Shown here in pieces: positions 9,612-18,251 of a stretch of DNA of 26,580 bases. The position numbers were made by a program, and so were the translations under genes. Below the pieces are notes generated by a model that did not search any database, was not told the origin of the DNA, and worked only from the letters and a program-made list of their open reading frames with translations. This DNA is from a virus (taxonomy: Duplodnaviria; Caudoviricetes), in the IMG/VR virus record IMGVR_UViG_3300048894_000070, positions 1-26,580 of that record, one strand, 5' to 3'. Numbering within the stretch: position 1 is the first letter of the stretch; every line of letters begins with the position of its first letter.

Positions 9612-10244
9612 TTACTTGAACCTGACCGGCTCGGGCGTGCGCTTTTCGTCCCCGCGTGCGTCTCGGCCATCGGCACCGCGCTTGACCGCCAGTCGCCAGT
9701 GATCCGACCTGCCTGGCTTCTCGCTCGTGTCTTGCTGCGCAATGAACGCCGAGCCGCCCATCGTAATGACGTCGCCCTGCACATAGGATGCGCCCTCTTT
9801 CCAGACGCCGACGTCAAGCGGAATGCCCGTTTTGATCGTGCTCACCGTGCCGGCAACCGTGGCCGTCAGCGTCCTGCCGCCGTCGTCCGATGTGAACAAC
9901 GGGGCCTTGAAGGCCTCCGCGAACTTCTGTGCGACTTGCTCGACGATGTACCCGTGCAGGAGAATGAGGTCGGAAGCATCGCGCCCGTCACGGCCCGGCT
10001 CGCCCTTTGCGCCGGAAGGACCGGGCGCTCCTGGCTGCCCTGGCTCGCCCGCAGGTCCAGGCGGCCCTTGCGGCCCTGGCTCGCCGGCCGCACCGTCCTG
10101 TCCGCGCTGGCCTTGCGCACCTGGCTCGCCTTGCGGACCCCGTTCGCCGGGATCGCCTTTCTCGACCGGCCCCGCCTCGAGCGCGGCAACTCGCTCATCC
10201 AGATGCTCAAGCAGATCGAGCACGCGATCGAGATCATCAGGCAT
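9612..10244 (-). CDS. Collagen-like protein with a small C-terminal carbohydrate-binding-like module
   Basis: G-X-Y run; [22 protein letters not shown]...KPG...W resembles the CBM5/12 pattern. Confidence 0.75.
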   Translation of the reverse strand: MPDDLDRVLDLLEHLDERVAALEAGPVEKGDPGERGPQGEPGAQGQRGQDGAAGEPGPQGPPGPAGEPGQPGAPGPSGAKGEPGRDGRDASDLILLHGYIVEQVAQKFAEAFKAPLFTSDDGGRTLTATVAGTVSTIKTGIPLDVGVWKEGASYVQGDVITMGGSAFIAQQDTSEKPGRSDHWRLAVKRGADGRDARGDEKRTPEPVRFK

Positions 10245-11618
10245 CTAAGCAGCCTCTCGTGACAGACGCCTTGCCTCTAACCGACTGATCCTAAACTGCC
10301 GCACGGCCTGCTGATCCTGCGCCTGCTGATCTTGCGCCGGTGCTGGCGCCGGTAGCTGCGGCGGCGTCTTCGGCGCAAACGGATCGGCCTGCGCGTCGCG
10401 TTTCGCCAGGGCTTCGAGACTGTAATTTTGCTGCTGGAGATATGGCAGGTCACCGCCCGCGACCGGCTTCAGACCGATCTTGGCGCGGCCCTCGTTCGGC
10501 GCCATGACGGCGGCCCCGATCGCATCGCGGATGGCGGCGATCTGTGTCGTGGTGTCCATCCGCAGCAGCGTCTCGGTGTCGAACTCGGTACCGAGGTTGC
10601 TGCCGTCGAGGCCAAGGCCGTAATCGAGGAGCTCCTCGATCTCTTCGATGTGCGACTGCAGCGCCTGCGAATAATACTCGACGTTAAGCGCCTGCACGTT
10701 GTTGTAGCTCGGCAGCGCGCCGACGCCGACCTTGTACGGCGGGACGTGGTAGACCGAGCACACGACCTCGGCCGACCATTTCAGGCTTTCGACCAACTGC
10801 CCCTCGACGTTGGTCATCGAGATCTTTTCGTATTTGATGCCGCCCTCGAGGACTGCCGGCCGACCATAGTTCTGGCCCGAGAACCGCTGCTCCCACTCCT
10901 CCTTGAACCGCTGCCGCTCGGTCTCGTCGATGTTGCCCGGCACCGTGATGATGCCGCCGGGCGTCGAGGCGTTCTGAAACAGCAGCGCCGAAGCGCGCTG
11001 GGCATTGAGGCCGAGCATGGACGAGAGCCCCGAGGCAAACACCGGAGGGACGCCGACCAATGGATGAAACAGGCAATTCATCCGATCGTGGATGATCTCG
11101 CGCGCCGGCACGACGATGTCCGTTCCGAGCCCGACGACATTGTCGGAGGAGAGCCGGTAGAACACCGAGCCGTCATCGGCCACGAGCGGCTGCACGCGCG
11201 TCGGGTCGAGCACATGCATGGCGATGACGATATTGCGGTTGTCGCGCACCTTGAGCACGTAGGTGTTGCCGCGCGACAGTTTCGACAGCATCCAGGCTTC
11301 ATAGAACTGATTGCGCGTCTGGTAATCATTCGGGGAACGAAGCACGGGCGAAAACGCGGGATTGTCCGTCTCCGACCAGATCTCGTTCTCGTCCTCTTCG
11401 ACGAGCTTCACGCGCAGCTTGGCGATGTCCCTGGCGATCAGCGTCTTGCAGGCGAAGTCGGCGTGAAACGCCGCGGCGTCGTCGGCATTGACCACGACAT
11501 TGCGTTGCCAGGCGCCGGGAAACGACTCGCGGATGAGCGGCCACCAGCCGCCGCGCCCCTCCGACACCGAGGACAGCGCTTTGCGCCATTCGACGGTCAG
11601 GCCGAAGATGCGCATCAA
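10245..11618 (-). CDS. Portal protein, HK97 family
   Basis: [55 protein letters not shown]. Confidence 0.95.
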   Translation of the reverse strand: MMRIFGLTVEWRKALSSVSEGRGGWWPLIRESFPGAWQRNVVVNADDAAAFHADFACKTLIARDIAKLRVKLVEEDENEIWSETDNPAFSPVLRSPNDYQTRNQFYEAWMLSKLSRGNTYVLKVRDNRNIVIAMHVLDPTRVQPLVADDGSVFYRLSSDNVVGLGTDIVVPAREIIHDRMNCLFHPLVGVPPVFASGLSSMLGLNAQRASALLFQNASTPGGIITVPGNIDETERQRFKEEWEQRFSGQNYGRPAVLEGGIKYEKISMTNVEGQLVESLKWSAEVVCSVYHVPPYKVGVGALPSYNNVQALNVEYYSQALQSHIEEIEELLDYGLGLDGSNLGTEFDTETLLRMDTTTQIAAIRDAIGAAVMAPNEGRAKIGLKPVAGGDLPYLQQQNYSLEALAKRDAQADPFAPKTPPQLPAPAPAQDQQAQDQQAVRQFRISRLEARRLSREAA

Positions 11619-11959
11619 CGGCGACCCTCGGCCTGGCCGATCTGATATCGCAGCCGCGCCAGGCCCCAGCGGCCATCAAACTCGATGCCGAGTGCCGTGG
11701 CCCTGGCGCGCAACTGATCGAGTTCGCTGACCGCCGGTTCCGGCGCCGCGGACGGCGCCGGCGCTTCGGACGGCTCCGGCGGCGCGACCGGCTCCGGCGG
11801 CTGCGGTACAGGGCGCAAGCTCTTCGAGGCAAAGCGGGCCTTGCGGCTCACCACCATCGCGACGGCCTCGCGCAGGGGTGCCTCGTATTCCTCACCGGCG
11901 GTCAGGTGCCGCGTGCCGTACTTGTGCGGCTTGAGCGCCTGCAGCTTGCGCGTCCTCAT
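11615..11959 (-). CDS. Capsid-adjacent hypothetical protein with Pro-rich linker and C-terminal HeH-like motif
   Basis: ELDQLRARATALGIEFDGRWGLARLRYQI; GGAG RBS upstream. Confidence 0.7.
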   Translation of the reverse strand: MRTRKLQALKPHKYGTRHLTAGEEYEAPLREAVAMVVSRKARFASKSLRPVPQPPEPVAPPEPSEAPAPSAAPEPAVSELDQLRARATALGIEFDGRWGLARLRYQIGQAEGRR

Positions 11960-11971
11960 CGTAAACTCCGA

Positions 11972-13915
11972 TTACGCGGTGTGGACCGGGCCGCCCCACG
12001 CAACGCCGGTCAGATACGCGACCGACTGCGCCCGGCGTCTCGCCCAGTTCACGACTCTCTCCGCCCTAAGCGCCACGCAGTTTGATTGCCACATTGATAC
12101 TAAACTTGTGCCTGTCGGCGTGATCGCGTCGCCGGTCGGAGCGTCGGACATTTCGAGCGATGCCTCACGGCTGGCATCGACCGTGATGCCGCCCTCGTCG
12201 GCGAGATAAGCATCCGAAGCATTGACCAGCACAACGATGTTGCCGACGTGATCGGACGCGATCACCGGCATGCCGCCGAGCGTGCCGCCGGTGTTTGTCA
12301 TCGAGGCGAACTCGTTCTGGCCGAGCGGGTTTTTCATCATCGCCAACGCCGCCGCGTTGTTCGATGACATGACCCACACGCCGCTCGTGACCGGATTGTT
12401 TGCCGCCGTGAACTTGGCAAACAGCGACCTGATATCGAGGTACACGTCGTCAGCGTCTGGACCAGATGATGCGATGGATGGCGCACCGTTAGTAATCGAA
12501 GCCGGCGAGACGTTCGCCACCGCGGTTTTAGATGGCGTGATGAAGTCGATGTCGAGCCGCTCGGTCAGCGCGTTCGCTAGCTCGTTGCGAACGATCGTGT
12601 CCGACTTCGGGTTCGAGTATCTGATGTTCTCTTCCGTTAGAACACAGATATTCGCCACTTTTAGTGGCGTCAGCGTCGTGCGTGTGAAACTGAAGGAAGT
12701 AAGCGGCTTGTTCTTTCCCTGACCTACCCAGTACCCAGCACCGCCGCTCGTCTGCGTCACGATCGGCGTGTAAAACATGATCGAGCGCAAGGCAGGGATG
12801 TTGCCGGTACCGAAGCGGCCGAGGATGGTTGCCCGCCGCTGCCATTCGAGAAAGTCGGCGACCGCCGCGCCTTCCGCAGCAATGAGGTTTGCCGCCCAGT
12901 TGCCGGTGATCGTCGAGCCGGCCGGCACCGCCGTCTTCAGCGTGCCGACGACATTGGACTCGGCCCCGTACATTTCTGTTGCGACCTCGATCGCGTTGCG
13001 GGCATCCAGCCGCGCAACGGCCCTGGCCTTCCATAGGCGGGCCGCCTCAATGCCTGGATCGAGCTTCGGCTGGCTCCGCACGACGATGCCACTGCGAAAT
13101 GCCGCGCCTTCGTGCGCCGTGTCCGCCTTGATCACCGGCTTGGCCGCCCTCGCGACATTCTGTTCAAGCTGCCGTAAACGCGCGAGCTGCTTGTCGATGG
13201 ACTCGATCGTCGCCTGGTGCGTATCGAACTCCTCGGTTTCAGCGTCGTCCATTGTGCGGTCGTCGTCGAGTCCTTTTTTGGCGACCGACTCTTGTGCCGC
13301 GAATGTCGCGGCGCGCTTGTTTTCAAGAGCCGTAATCTGCTCAGCATAAGTTTTCATCGTGCCCTCCTGGGCCTGCTGATGTCCCGAGGCGCCGGGAGGG
13401 TTGAGGTAAACGACACCGCGAGCTTTCTTGCCATGCGCGGCGAGCTGCGCAGTGTCGAGAGAACGGACTGTCGTGATCGAGGCTTCGGCGTTTGCCGGAA
13501 TTGTCACGGCCGAGAGCTCGAGCCACGACCATTTCAGAAAACGGAGGCCACCGCCTTCGATGCGCGAATGCTCGAGCGACTTGAAGCCGATCGAGAGCCC
13601 CTGCACGAGCCCGGCCTTGATCGACTGCCACGCCTCGTCGAGACGCTCCTGCAATCTGCCGGGCTCAGCGACGCGCGCCAGCTTCGCGGTGATCTCAATG
13701 CCGTCCTTGCCGTTCTTGGCCGCCGTGACATGGCCGATCGGCGCAGCGCTATCGTGCTGCCAAAGCAACGGCAGCGGCAACTTGAACTGCGCGCCCTCCG
13801 GCTCGACGATGTCGCCGAGCCGATCCGGCGTCGGCGTCGTCGCCATGCCGGTGATGGTCCGCGTCTCCTCGTTCACCCGCTTGATTTCAAGCAGGCTGTA
13901 AGCTCGGCTGAGCAT
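11972..13915 (-). CDS. Prohead protease-major capsid protein fusion (HK97 type)
   Basis: Protease motifs DRLGDIV, LLWQHD, GLSIGF, ELSAVTIPAN, followed in frame by a coiled-coil delta domain and capsid motifs (AGYWVGQG, LTPLKVA, TLGGMPV). Confidence 0.93.
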   Translation of the reverse strand: MLSRAYSLLEIKRVNEETRTITGMATTPTPDRLGDIVEPEGAQFKLPLPLLWQHDSAAPIGHVTAAKNGKDGIEITAKLARVAEPGRLQERLDEAWQSIKAGLVQGLSIGFKSLEHSRIEGGGLRFLKWSWLELSAVTIPANAEASITTVRSLDTAQLAAHGKKARGVVYLNPPGASGHQQAQEGTMKTYAEQITALENKRAATFAAQESVAKKGLDDDRTMDDAETEEFDTHQATIESIDKQLARLRQLEQNVARAAKPVIKADTAHEGAAFRSGIVVRSQPKLDPGIEAARLWKARAVARLDARNAIEVATEMYGAESNVVGTLKTAVPAGSTITGNWAANLIAAEGAAVADFLEWQRRATILGRFGTGNIPALRSIMFYTPIVTQTSGGAGYWVGQGKNKPLTSFSFTRTTLTPLKVANICVLTEENIRYSNPKSDTIVRNELANALTERLDIDFITPSKTAVANVSPASITNGAPSIASSGPDADDVYLDIRSLFAKFTAANNPVTSGVWVMSSNNAAALAMMKNPLGQNEFASMTNTGGTLGGMPVIASDHVGNIVVLVNASDAYLADEGGITVDASREASLEMSDAPTGDAITPTGTSLVSMWQSNCVALRAERVVNWARRRAQSVAYLTGVAWGGPVHTA

Positions 13916-13926
13916 GGTCCGATGTC

Positions 13927-15597
13927 CTATATGACGTACAACCGCGGCACCGGCGCCCGATGCGGCTTGGGATCGCGCACCATCACCGTGACCGCGTCCA
14001 TCAGCGCCATCCAGCAATCGATCTTCGCGTCGCCAGCGTTCTGTTTGGTCGCGCGGATCGCGGTCGCCGTGCTCTCGATCTTCACATTGCCCACGCACCA
14101 GTCCATCAGTCGGTTCGGTGCGTGTTTCAGCGTGCCGTTCTCGGTCTTGCGTTCGGCCGTCTTGATCGCGTTCATCATCGCGTAACCCTGCGGCGCCCCG
14201 ACGAGCTGCTCGCCTTCCTGCGTGATGCCGACCTCGCGCAGCGCTTCGATGAATTCACCCAGACCCGCCGGGTCCACCGCAACCGCGGCCAGCAGTTTCT
14301 TTTTATTGATCGTATCTATCAGTTCGACGATCTCTTCGATGTCCTGCGCCGCATGCTCCACGATCACGAGCTCGCCGGCCGCCTGCGCCTCCCGCAACCG
14401 CGGCGCAATCGACTTGCGCCGCTCGAGCACGCTCTCGTGACACCACGCCTTCACCCAGCACAGCCAGTCGCTGGTCTCACGACACCTTCCGACTACGGCG
14501 ACACCGAAGAGATCGTCGAGCCCACCGCCGTCGATCCCGACGACAATCACTTCAGACCTGATCAGGATCTCCTCGAGCGTCAGCGCCGCATCCTCGGCCG
14601 CCGCCCAGAACTGCGCGCCGGGCCAGCCGTCCGAGCTCATGCCGATGCCCATCTCGATGTTGAGATGCTGCGAGGCCCAACGCCGAACCTCGTCCTCGCC
14701 CTTGTAGGTCGCGGTCTCGTAGTCCGACACCAGCCGATCGATGCTAATCGACTTGCCCAGGTTCGGCGTCACCATCGGCCAGTTCGCAGGATCGCCCCAA
14801 CGCTGCCGATCGCGCGCGATGTCATCGGGGAATTCATACAAAACCGGCAACATCACCCCCGGCGCGCGGCCGTCGCGAATAGACCGAGCCATTTGTAGTT
14901 CGGCACGAAATGCACCCGCGGGCGGCTCATCGCTTTGCGTCGTGATGAACGCCAGGAACGCCTCGGGGATCGGCAGAAGCCCGCCGCGAACCTGGCCGAT
15001 AATGCGACTAGCTTTGGAGTTGCGCGAAATTTCGTGAAGCTCATCTATCAGCACGCCGGCCGGCTTGACCCCGGTCAGAACACTCGAGTCAAAAGCCTTG
15101 ATCTTGAGCTGTGCCTGGGTTCGCCGATTGGTGATGATCTTCAGGTGCTGCTGTATCTGCATGCGCCGGTGCAACACCGGATCGATCTGCGTCATACCGG
15201 CCGCCTGCATGAAAGCCAGATCGGCTACCGCCTGCGTCGGCGCCACCAGCAAGAACTCGGCACGGGGCCGCGTGTTGAGCAACAACGCGGTCATCATCAT
15301 GCCCGCACCGTAGCTCGTCTTGCTGCTCTTCTTGGCCGCAAGCACGAACAACTCGCGGATCACCCGGGCGCCACTGCGATCGATCGAGCCGAGAAGTACG
15401 CCGACGATCTCGCGGAACCAGTCGCCCGCCGCTTCGGCCATGGTCGGCGTGCCGGGCACATCCGGCAGCCGCAGCAAATTGAAAACCTCGATCGCGCGCG
15501 CCGTCTCTGCCGGGTTGATCCCATGTGCGGCGGCGGGGATGAGCGAACGCCGCGCGCGGATGCGATCCTGCCAATCCAGACACGATAGATCGAGCAT
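13927..15597 (-). CDS. terL: Terminase large subunit
   Basis: Walker A-like AAKKSSKT, LVAPT..QA-type segment, Walker B VLIDELH, ITTQS; nuclease motifs VGIDGG..DDL and KID...A. Confidence 0.95.
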   Translation of the reverse strand: MLDLSCLDWQDRIRARRSLIPAAAHGINPAETARAIEVFNLLRLPDVPGTPTMAEAAGDWFREIVGVLLGSIDRSGARVIRELFVLAAKKSSKTSYGAGMMMTALLLNTRPRAEFLLVAPTQAVADLAFMQAAGMTQIDPVLHRRMQIQQHLKIITNRRTQAQLKIKAFDSSVLTGVKPAGVLIDELHEISRNSKASRIIGQVRGGLLPIPEAFLAFITTQSDEPPAGAFRAELQMARSIRDGRAPGVMLPVLYEFPDDIARDRQRWGDPANWPMVTPNLGKSISIDRLVSDYETATYKGEDEVRRWASQHLNIEMGIGMSSDGWPGAQFWAAAEDAALTLEEILIRSEVIVVGIDGGGLDDLFGVAVVGRCRETSDWLCWVKAWCHESVLERRKSIAPRLREAQAAGELVIVEHAAQDIEEIVELIDTINKKKLLAAVAVDPAGLGEFIEALREVGITQEGEQLVGAPQGYAMMNAIKTAERKTENGTLKHAPNRLMDWCVGNVKIESTATAIRATKQNAGDAKIDCWMALMDAVTVMVRDPKPHRAPVPRLYVI

Positions 15598-15861
15598 CTA
15601 GTTGATCAGGGTTTCCCAGACCGTGCCCTCGATCGCCTTGTCCGCTGCAGCCGCGTCCAGCGCTTTCTTCGTCGGCCGCTGCCGCACCCGCTTCTCGGCG
15701 CGCATTTGCGCGACCGGATCGCCCGCCAACACGAGCAGCGTGCGACAGGCGGCGACCCTCGCCGTCGCCGGCGCGGTTTCATCACCCGCAATCTGCCGCA
15801 GCACCGCTTCCGGATCCGCCGCGCGGGTTTTGGGCTTGTTTTTCGTCATTTTGGGATGCAA
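15598..15861 (-). CDS. Putative terminase small subunit (short; start may be ATG 15849)
   Basis: Abuts terL; basic helical protein with ATARVAACRTLL and KK...AAA...GTVWETLI. Confidence 0.6.
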   Translation of the reverse strand: MHPKMTKNKPKTRAADPEAVLRQIAGDETAPATARVAACRTLLVLAGDPVAQMRAEKRVRQRPTKKALDAAAADKAIEGTVWETLIN

Positions 15862-15864
15862 CTC

Positions 15865-15947
15865 CTAGGATTTTGCGCCAAAAATCCGCGAATGGGTGGC
15901 GCGGGGGTTATTCCTCGGCGACCCTCCGAACATTTTCCTACCCCCCA
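15865..15947 (-). other. Probable cos/packaging-initiation region
   Basis: Non-coding gap between HNH and terS starting GGGGGGTAGGAAAA and containing GGATTTTTGGCGCAAAATCC dyad symmetry; this is where cos lies in HK97-like phages. Exact cut site not determinable. Confidence 0.5.
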
Positions 15948-16267
15948 CGGTACCGTCGTGCGCGCGCTTTGACGGTTTTGATCGTGTGATGCGAGGCGCA
16001 GAGAGCTTGGCCATTGCTTGGATCGAACGGCTTGCCTCCATCCCTGAGCTCGACGATGTGATCCGCGTAGATGCGGTGCTCTGGCCATGCCTTGCCGCAC
16101 CTGTGGCCGTTCTTGTCCACGGCTTCGCATCGACGTCCTGCCCGACCGATGACCTCGGCACGCCAGGCGATGAATGCCGGCGTGTTGTAGATGGGTTCCA
16201 TGACCTTTGGCGTAGGCCTGACGGTACGGGTGTCGGCGGTGCGGATGAGTGGGCGTAGAGTGCGCAA
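15938..16267 (-). CDS. HNH endonuclease (terminase-associated; start uncertain, frame open to 16336)
   Basis: RCE...RC...ADHIVELRDGG...DPSNGQALCASHHTIKT. Confidence 0.92.
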   Translation of the reverse strand: MRTLRPLIRTADTRTVRPTPKVMEPIYNTPAFIAWRAEVIGRAGRRCEAVDKNGHRCGKAWPEHRIYADHIVELRDGGKPFDPSNGQALCASHHTIKTVKARARRYRGG

Positions 16268-16279
16268 GGATCGCCGCCT

Positions 16280-16560
16280 GTGCGTTCGTTTGGGGTGGTG
16301 GCTACCCAACACCCGGCCGCGGCTAGAACGCACCACGAGCCAACGTCGTCGAGTTGCCGACTATTCGGTGGTGCGCCGGATGCCCGGGACTGGGAGGCAC
16401 TGCGAGCTCCCCAAGGCACCCGGCGCTCTCCACGCGCAGCAATTGCGGGAAAGCCCGTCACAGGCCAACAATCGCTGCGGGGACCAAAACGCGCCGCGCT
16501 TCGACTCGCTCGATTTTTCGAGAAAGCCGGGGGCAAATCAGAGGGTTGGTGTGACGGGCT
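16280..16560 (-). ncRNA. Candidate structured leader RNA of the late operon
   Basis: Three successive inverted-repeat domains: 16452-16462/16550-16560 (11 bp perfect), 16373-16384/16415-16426 (12 bp, one G-U on the minus strand) and 16280-16287/16326-16333 (8 bp). Confidence 0.45.
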
Positions 16561-16571
16561 CGGCAAACTTC

Positions 16572-17099
16572 CTAACTCAACCTTGGCGCGTTTGCAATTT
16601 TTTCGATTCGATCCCTGTGCGAAAGCTCGATGCGCACCTTGCGGCCGAGCAGATCGAGCAGGATGCGCTCGCGCTCTTGGGCGCTTTGCCCGTCAAACAA
16701 ACCGACATGATCGCGGAATGGCCCGGTGAGGATGCGCACCGTGTCGCCGTGCTTGATCAGCGCTTGCGGCTTGGGCAACCGGATGAAGCCGCCGACCTCG
16801 GCCTTGTGCAGGTCGACGATGACGTGCTCGGGCAATCGGTCTGGCTCGTCGCCGGTTCGCAACACCCGCAACACGCCGGGGGTCTTCTCGATGGCGTACC
16901 AATAGTCGACGATCTGGACGAACAGGTAACCGGAAAACAGCGGCGCAATGATCGTCTTGCCGGAGCGCCTGGTTTTCGTTCGCGGCACATAGCTGACGAA
17001 CCCAGCCTGCCCGAGCAGATGCTCGCCGAGGCTTAGTTCGCCATGCTTGCGCGGATACAGCATCCGCGATTCGATTTGCACGACGGACCAGTAGCTCAT
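16572..17099 (-). CDS. NusG/RfaH-family transcription antiterminator paralogue
   Basis: NGN domain YWSVVQ...PLFSGYLFV...TPGVLRVL; KOW domain GDTVRILTGPF; LDLLGR. Confidence 0.93.
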   Translation of the reverse strand: MSYWSVVQIESRMLYPRKHGELSLGEHLLGQAGFVSYVPRTKTRRSGKTIIAPLFSGYLFVQIVDYWYAIEKTPGVLRVLRTGDEPDRLPEHVIVDLHKAEVGGFIRLPKPQALIKHGDTVRILTGPFRDHVGLFDGQSAQERERILLDLLGRKVRIELSHRDRIEKIANAPRLS

Positions 17100-17416
17100 C
17101 GAACCGGCCTACAGAGTCGATCAACCACCGCGCCGATGATGCTGCTAGGCGAGCCATCGAGGTTGCGAGTGAGCGCCGTGCGGAAGGCGCCGAGCGGCAC
17201 GCCGTACTGCAGCGCGATCGAGAGCAGCACCGCGCCGTCGCGCGCGACCGCCTCGGTTTCGCTGCCGGCCTTGGCACCGCTCACAAACACTTCGCCGATC
17301 GTGCCGTCGTGATAGCGCCCGACCGTAACCGCGAACACCGCACGCTGCCCAGGCATGCGGACTTCGGTTGTTTCGCAGTAGCGGCGTTGCGGCAATGGCG
17401 TGCGGATTGCAATCAT
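17096..17416 (-). CDS. Stand-alone TSCPD-like domain (as at the C-terminus of class II ribonucleotide reductases)
   Basis: VTVGRYHDGTIGEVFV...KAGS...LLSIALQYGVPL...SSI. Confidence 0.8.
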   Translation of the reverse strand: MIAIRTPLPQRRYCETTEVRMPGQRAVFAVTVGRYHDGTIGEVFVSGAKAGSETEAVARDGAVLLSIALQYGVPLGAFRTALTRNLDGSPSSIIGAVVDRLCRPVR

Positions 17417-17531
17417 GTGTTACCTCGCGGTTAGTCCCCGGCTCGTGGTGTCTGAGTCACGAACCGGGGTTGTTTTGTAAATCCCTGCGTTCATTGCTCC
17501 CCTCGCTGGGGAGGCACGTGTCGGTTCTCCA

Positions 17532-17876
17532 TCATCGACGTTCCCCGCTGCTGACCGCGGGCGTCTCTCCGGGTGCGGCCCGGAAACGGTTTGTTTGTTC
17601 AACCTCCCACCAAGTAACAGTCGGCAGTGTTTCGTTGAGCCAATCGAGCACCGCCGGCCACTTGGCGCGCAGGTAGTGGAAGTCGGCGGTCACCGAGAGC
17701 CGATCGCCGTTCCAGGCGAAAAACAGCCGCCGCTCGGTCGCGTGCTCGCGGCGGCGGCGTGCCTCGGGCGGGCGGAGCAGCACGAGGGCCCGCCAGCGCT
17801 TCCGGTCGCTCTCGGCGTGGTGGTGGAGTTCCCAGGACCCGGGCGCGACGCCGGTGCAGGTCGCGAGGAGTTTCAT
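17532..17876 (-). CDS. Hypothetical protein (114 aa)
   Basis: GAGGTGG RBS before ATG 17876 (MKLLATCTGV...); Trp-rich natural-looking sequence. Confidence 0.6.
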   Translation of the reverse strand: MKLLATCTGVAPGSWELHHHAESDRKRWRALVLLRPPEARRRREHATERRLFFAWNGDRLSVTADFHYLRAKWPAVLDWLNETLPTVTWWEVEQTNRFRAAPGETPAVSSGERR

Positions 17877-17980
17877 CGCGCCACCTCGGTTGTTTTTTGG
17901 AAATGATGCACGCGCGTGCGGGCCGAGTACCGAAGCGCCTCGAAATCGGCCTCGCAGCAATGCCGATGAAATCGACGTTT

Positions 17981-18233
17981 GCGCCAGTTCGCGTCGAACG
18001 TGCGCCAGTTATTTTTCTGATTTTTTCTGAAGCAGAAACCGGCGAAGTGCCGATGGGGCGGGACTTTGCGCCAGTCGGCTGCGCTAGGCGGACGGCGCGC
18101 TTGTTGTGTACCCGTAGGGTAGGCCGCCCGCACGCCAAGCGGCGGCGGCCTAACAACTGGCGCACCGTCCGTCAAGCTAGCCTGTGGATGCGCCAGTCCC
18201 GCGCCAGTTCTGCGCCAGTTCCGCGCCAGTTCA
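17981..18233. repeat. Iteron-like GCGCCAGTY repeats; probable phage replication origin
   Basis: Four tandem 11-bp copies at 18190-18233, direct copies at 17981, 18002 and 18068, one inverted copy at 18155-18163, and an AT-rich TTTTTCTGA x2 at 18012-18030; immediately downstream of the helicase gene. Confidence 0.75.
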
Positions 18234-18251
18234 GAAGTATCAGAGTAAAGA

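Noticed and set aside
9200-10165. GC-rich 9-bp periodic repeats
   Set aside because: Explained by collagen G-X-Y coding, not a separate DNA element.
16300-16312. Possible RfaH ops site (GGGTAGC on the minus strand)
   Set aside because: Only a partial match to GGCGGTAG; not sufficient evidence.
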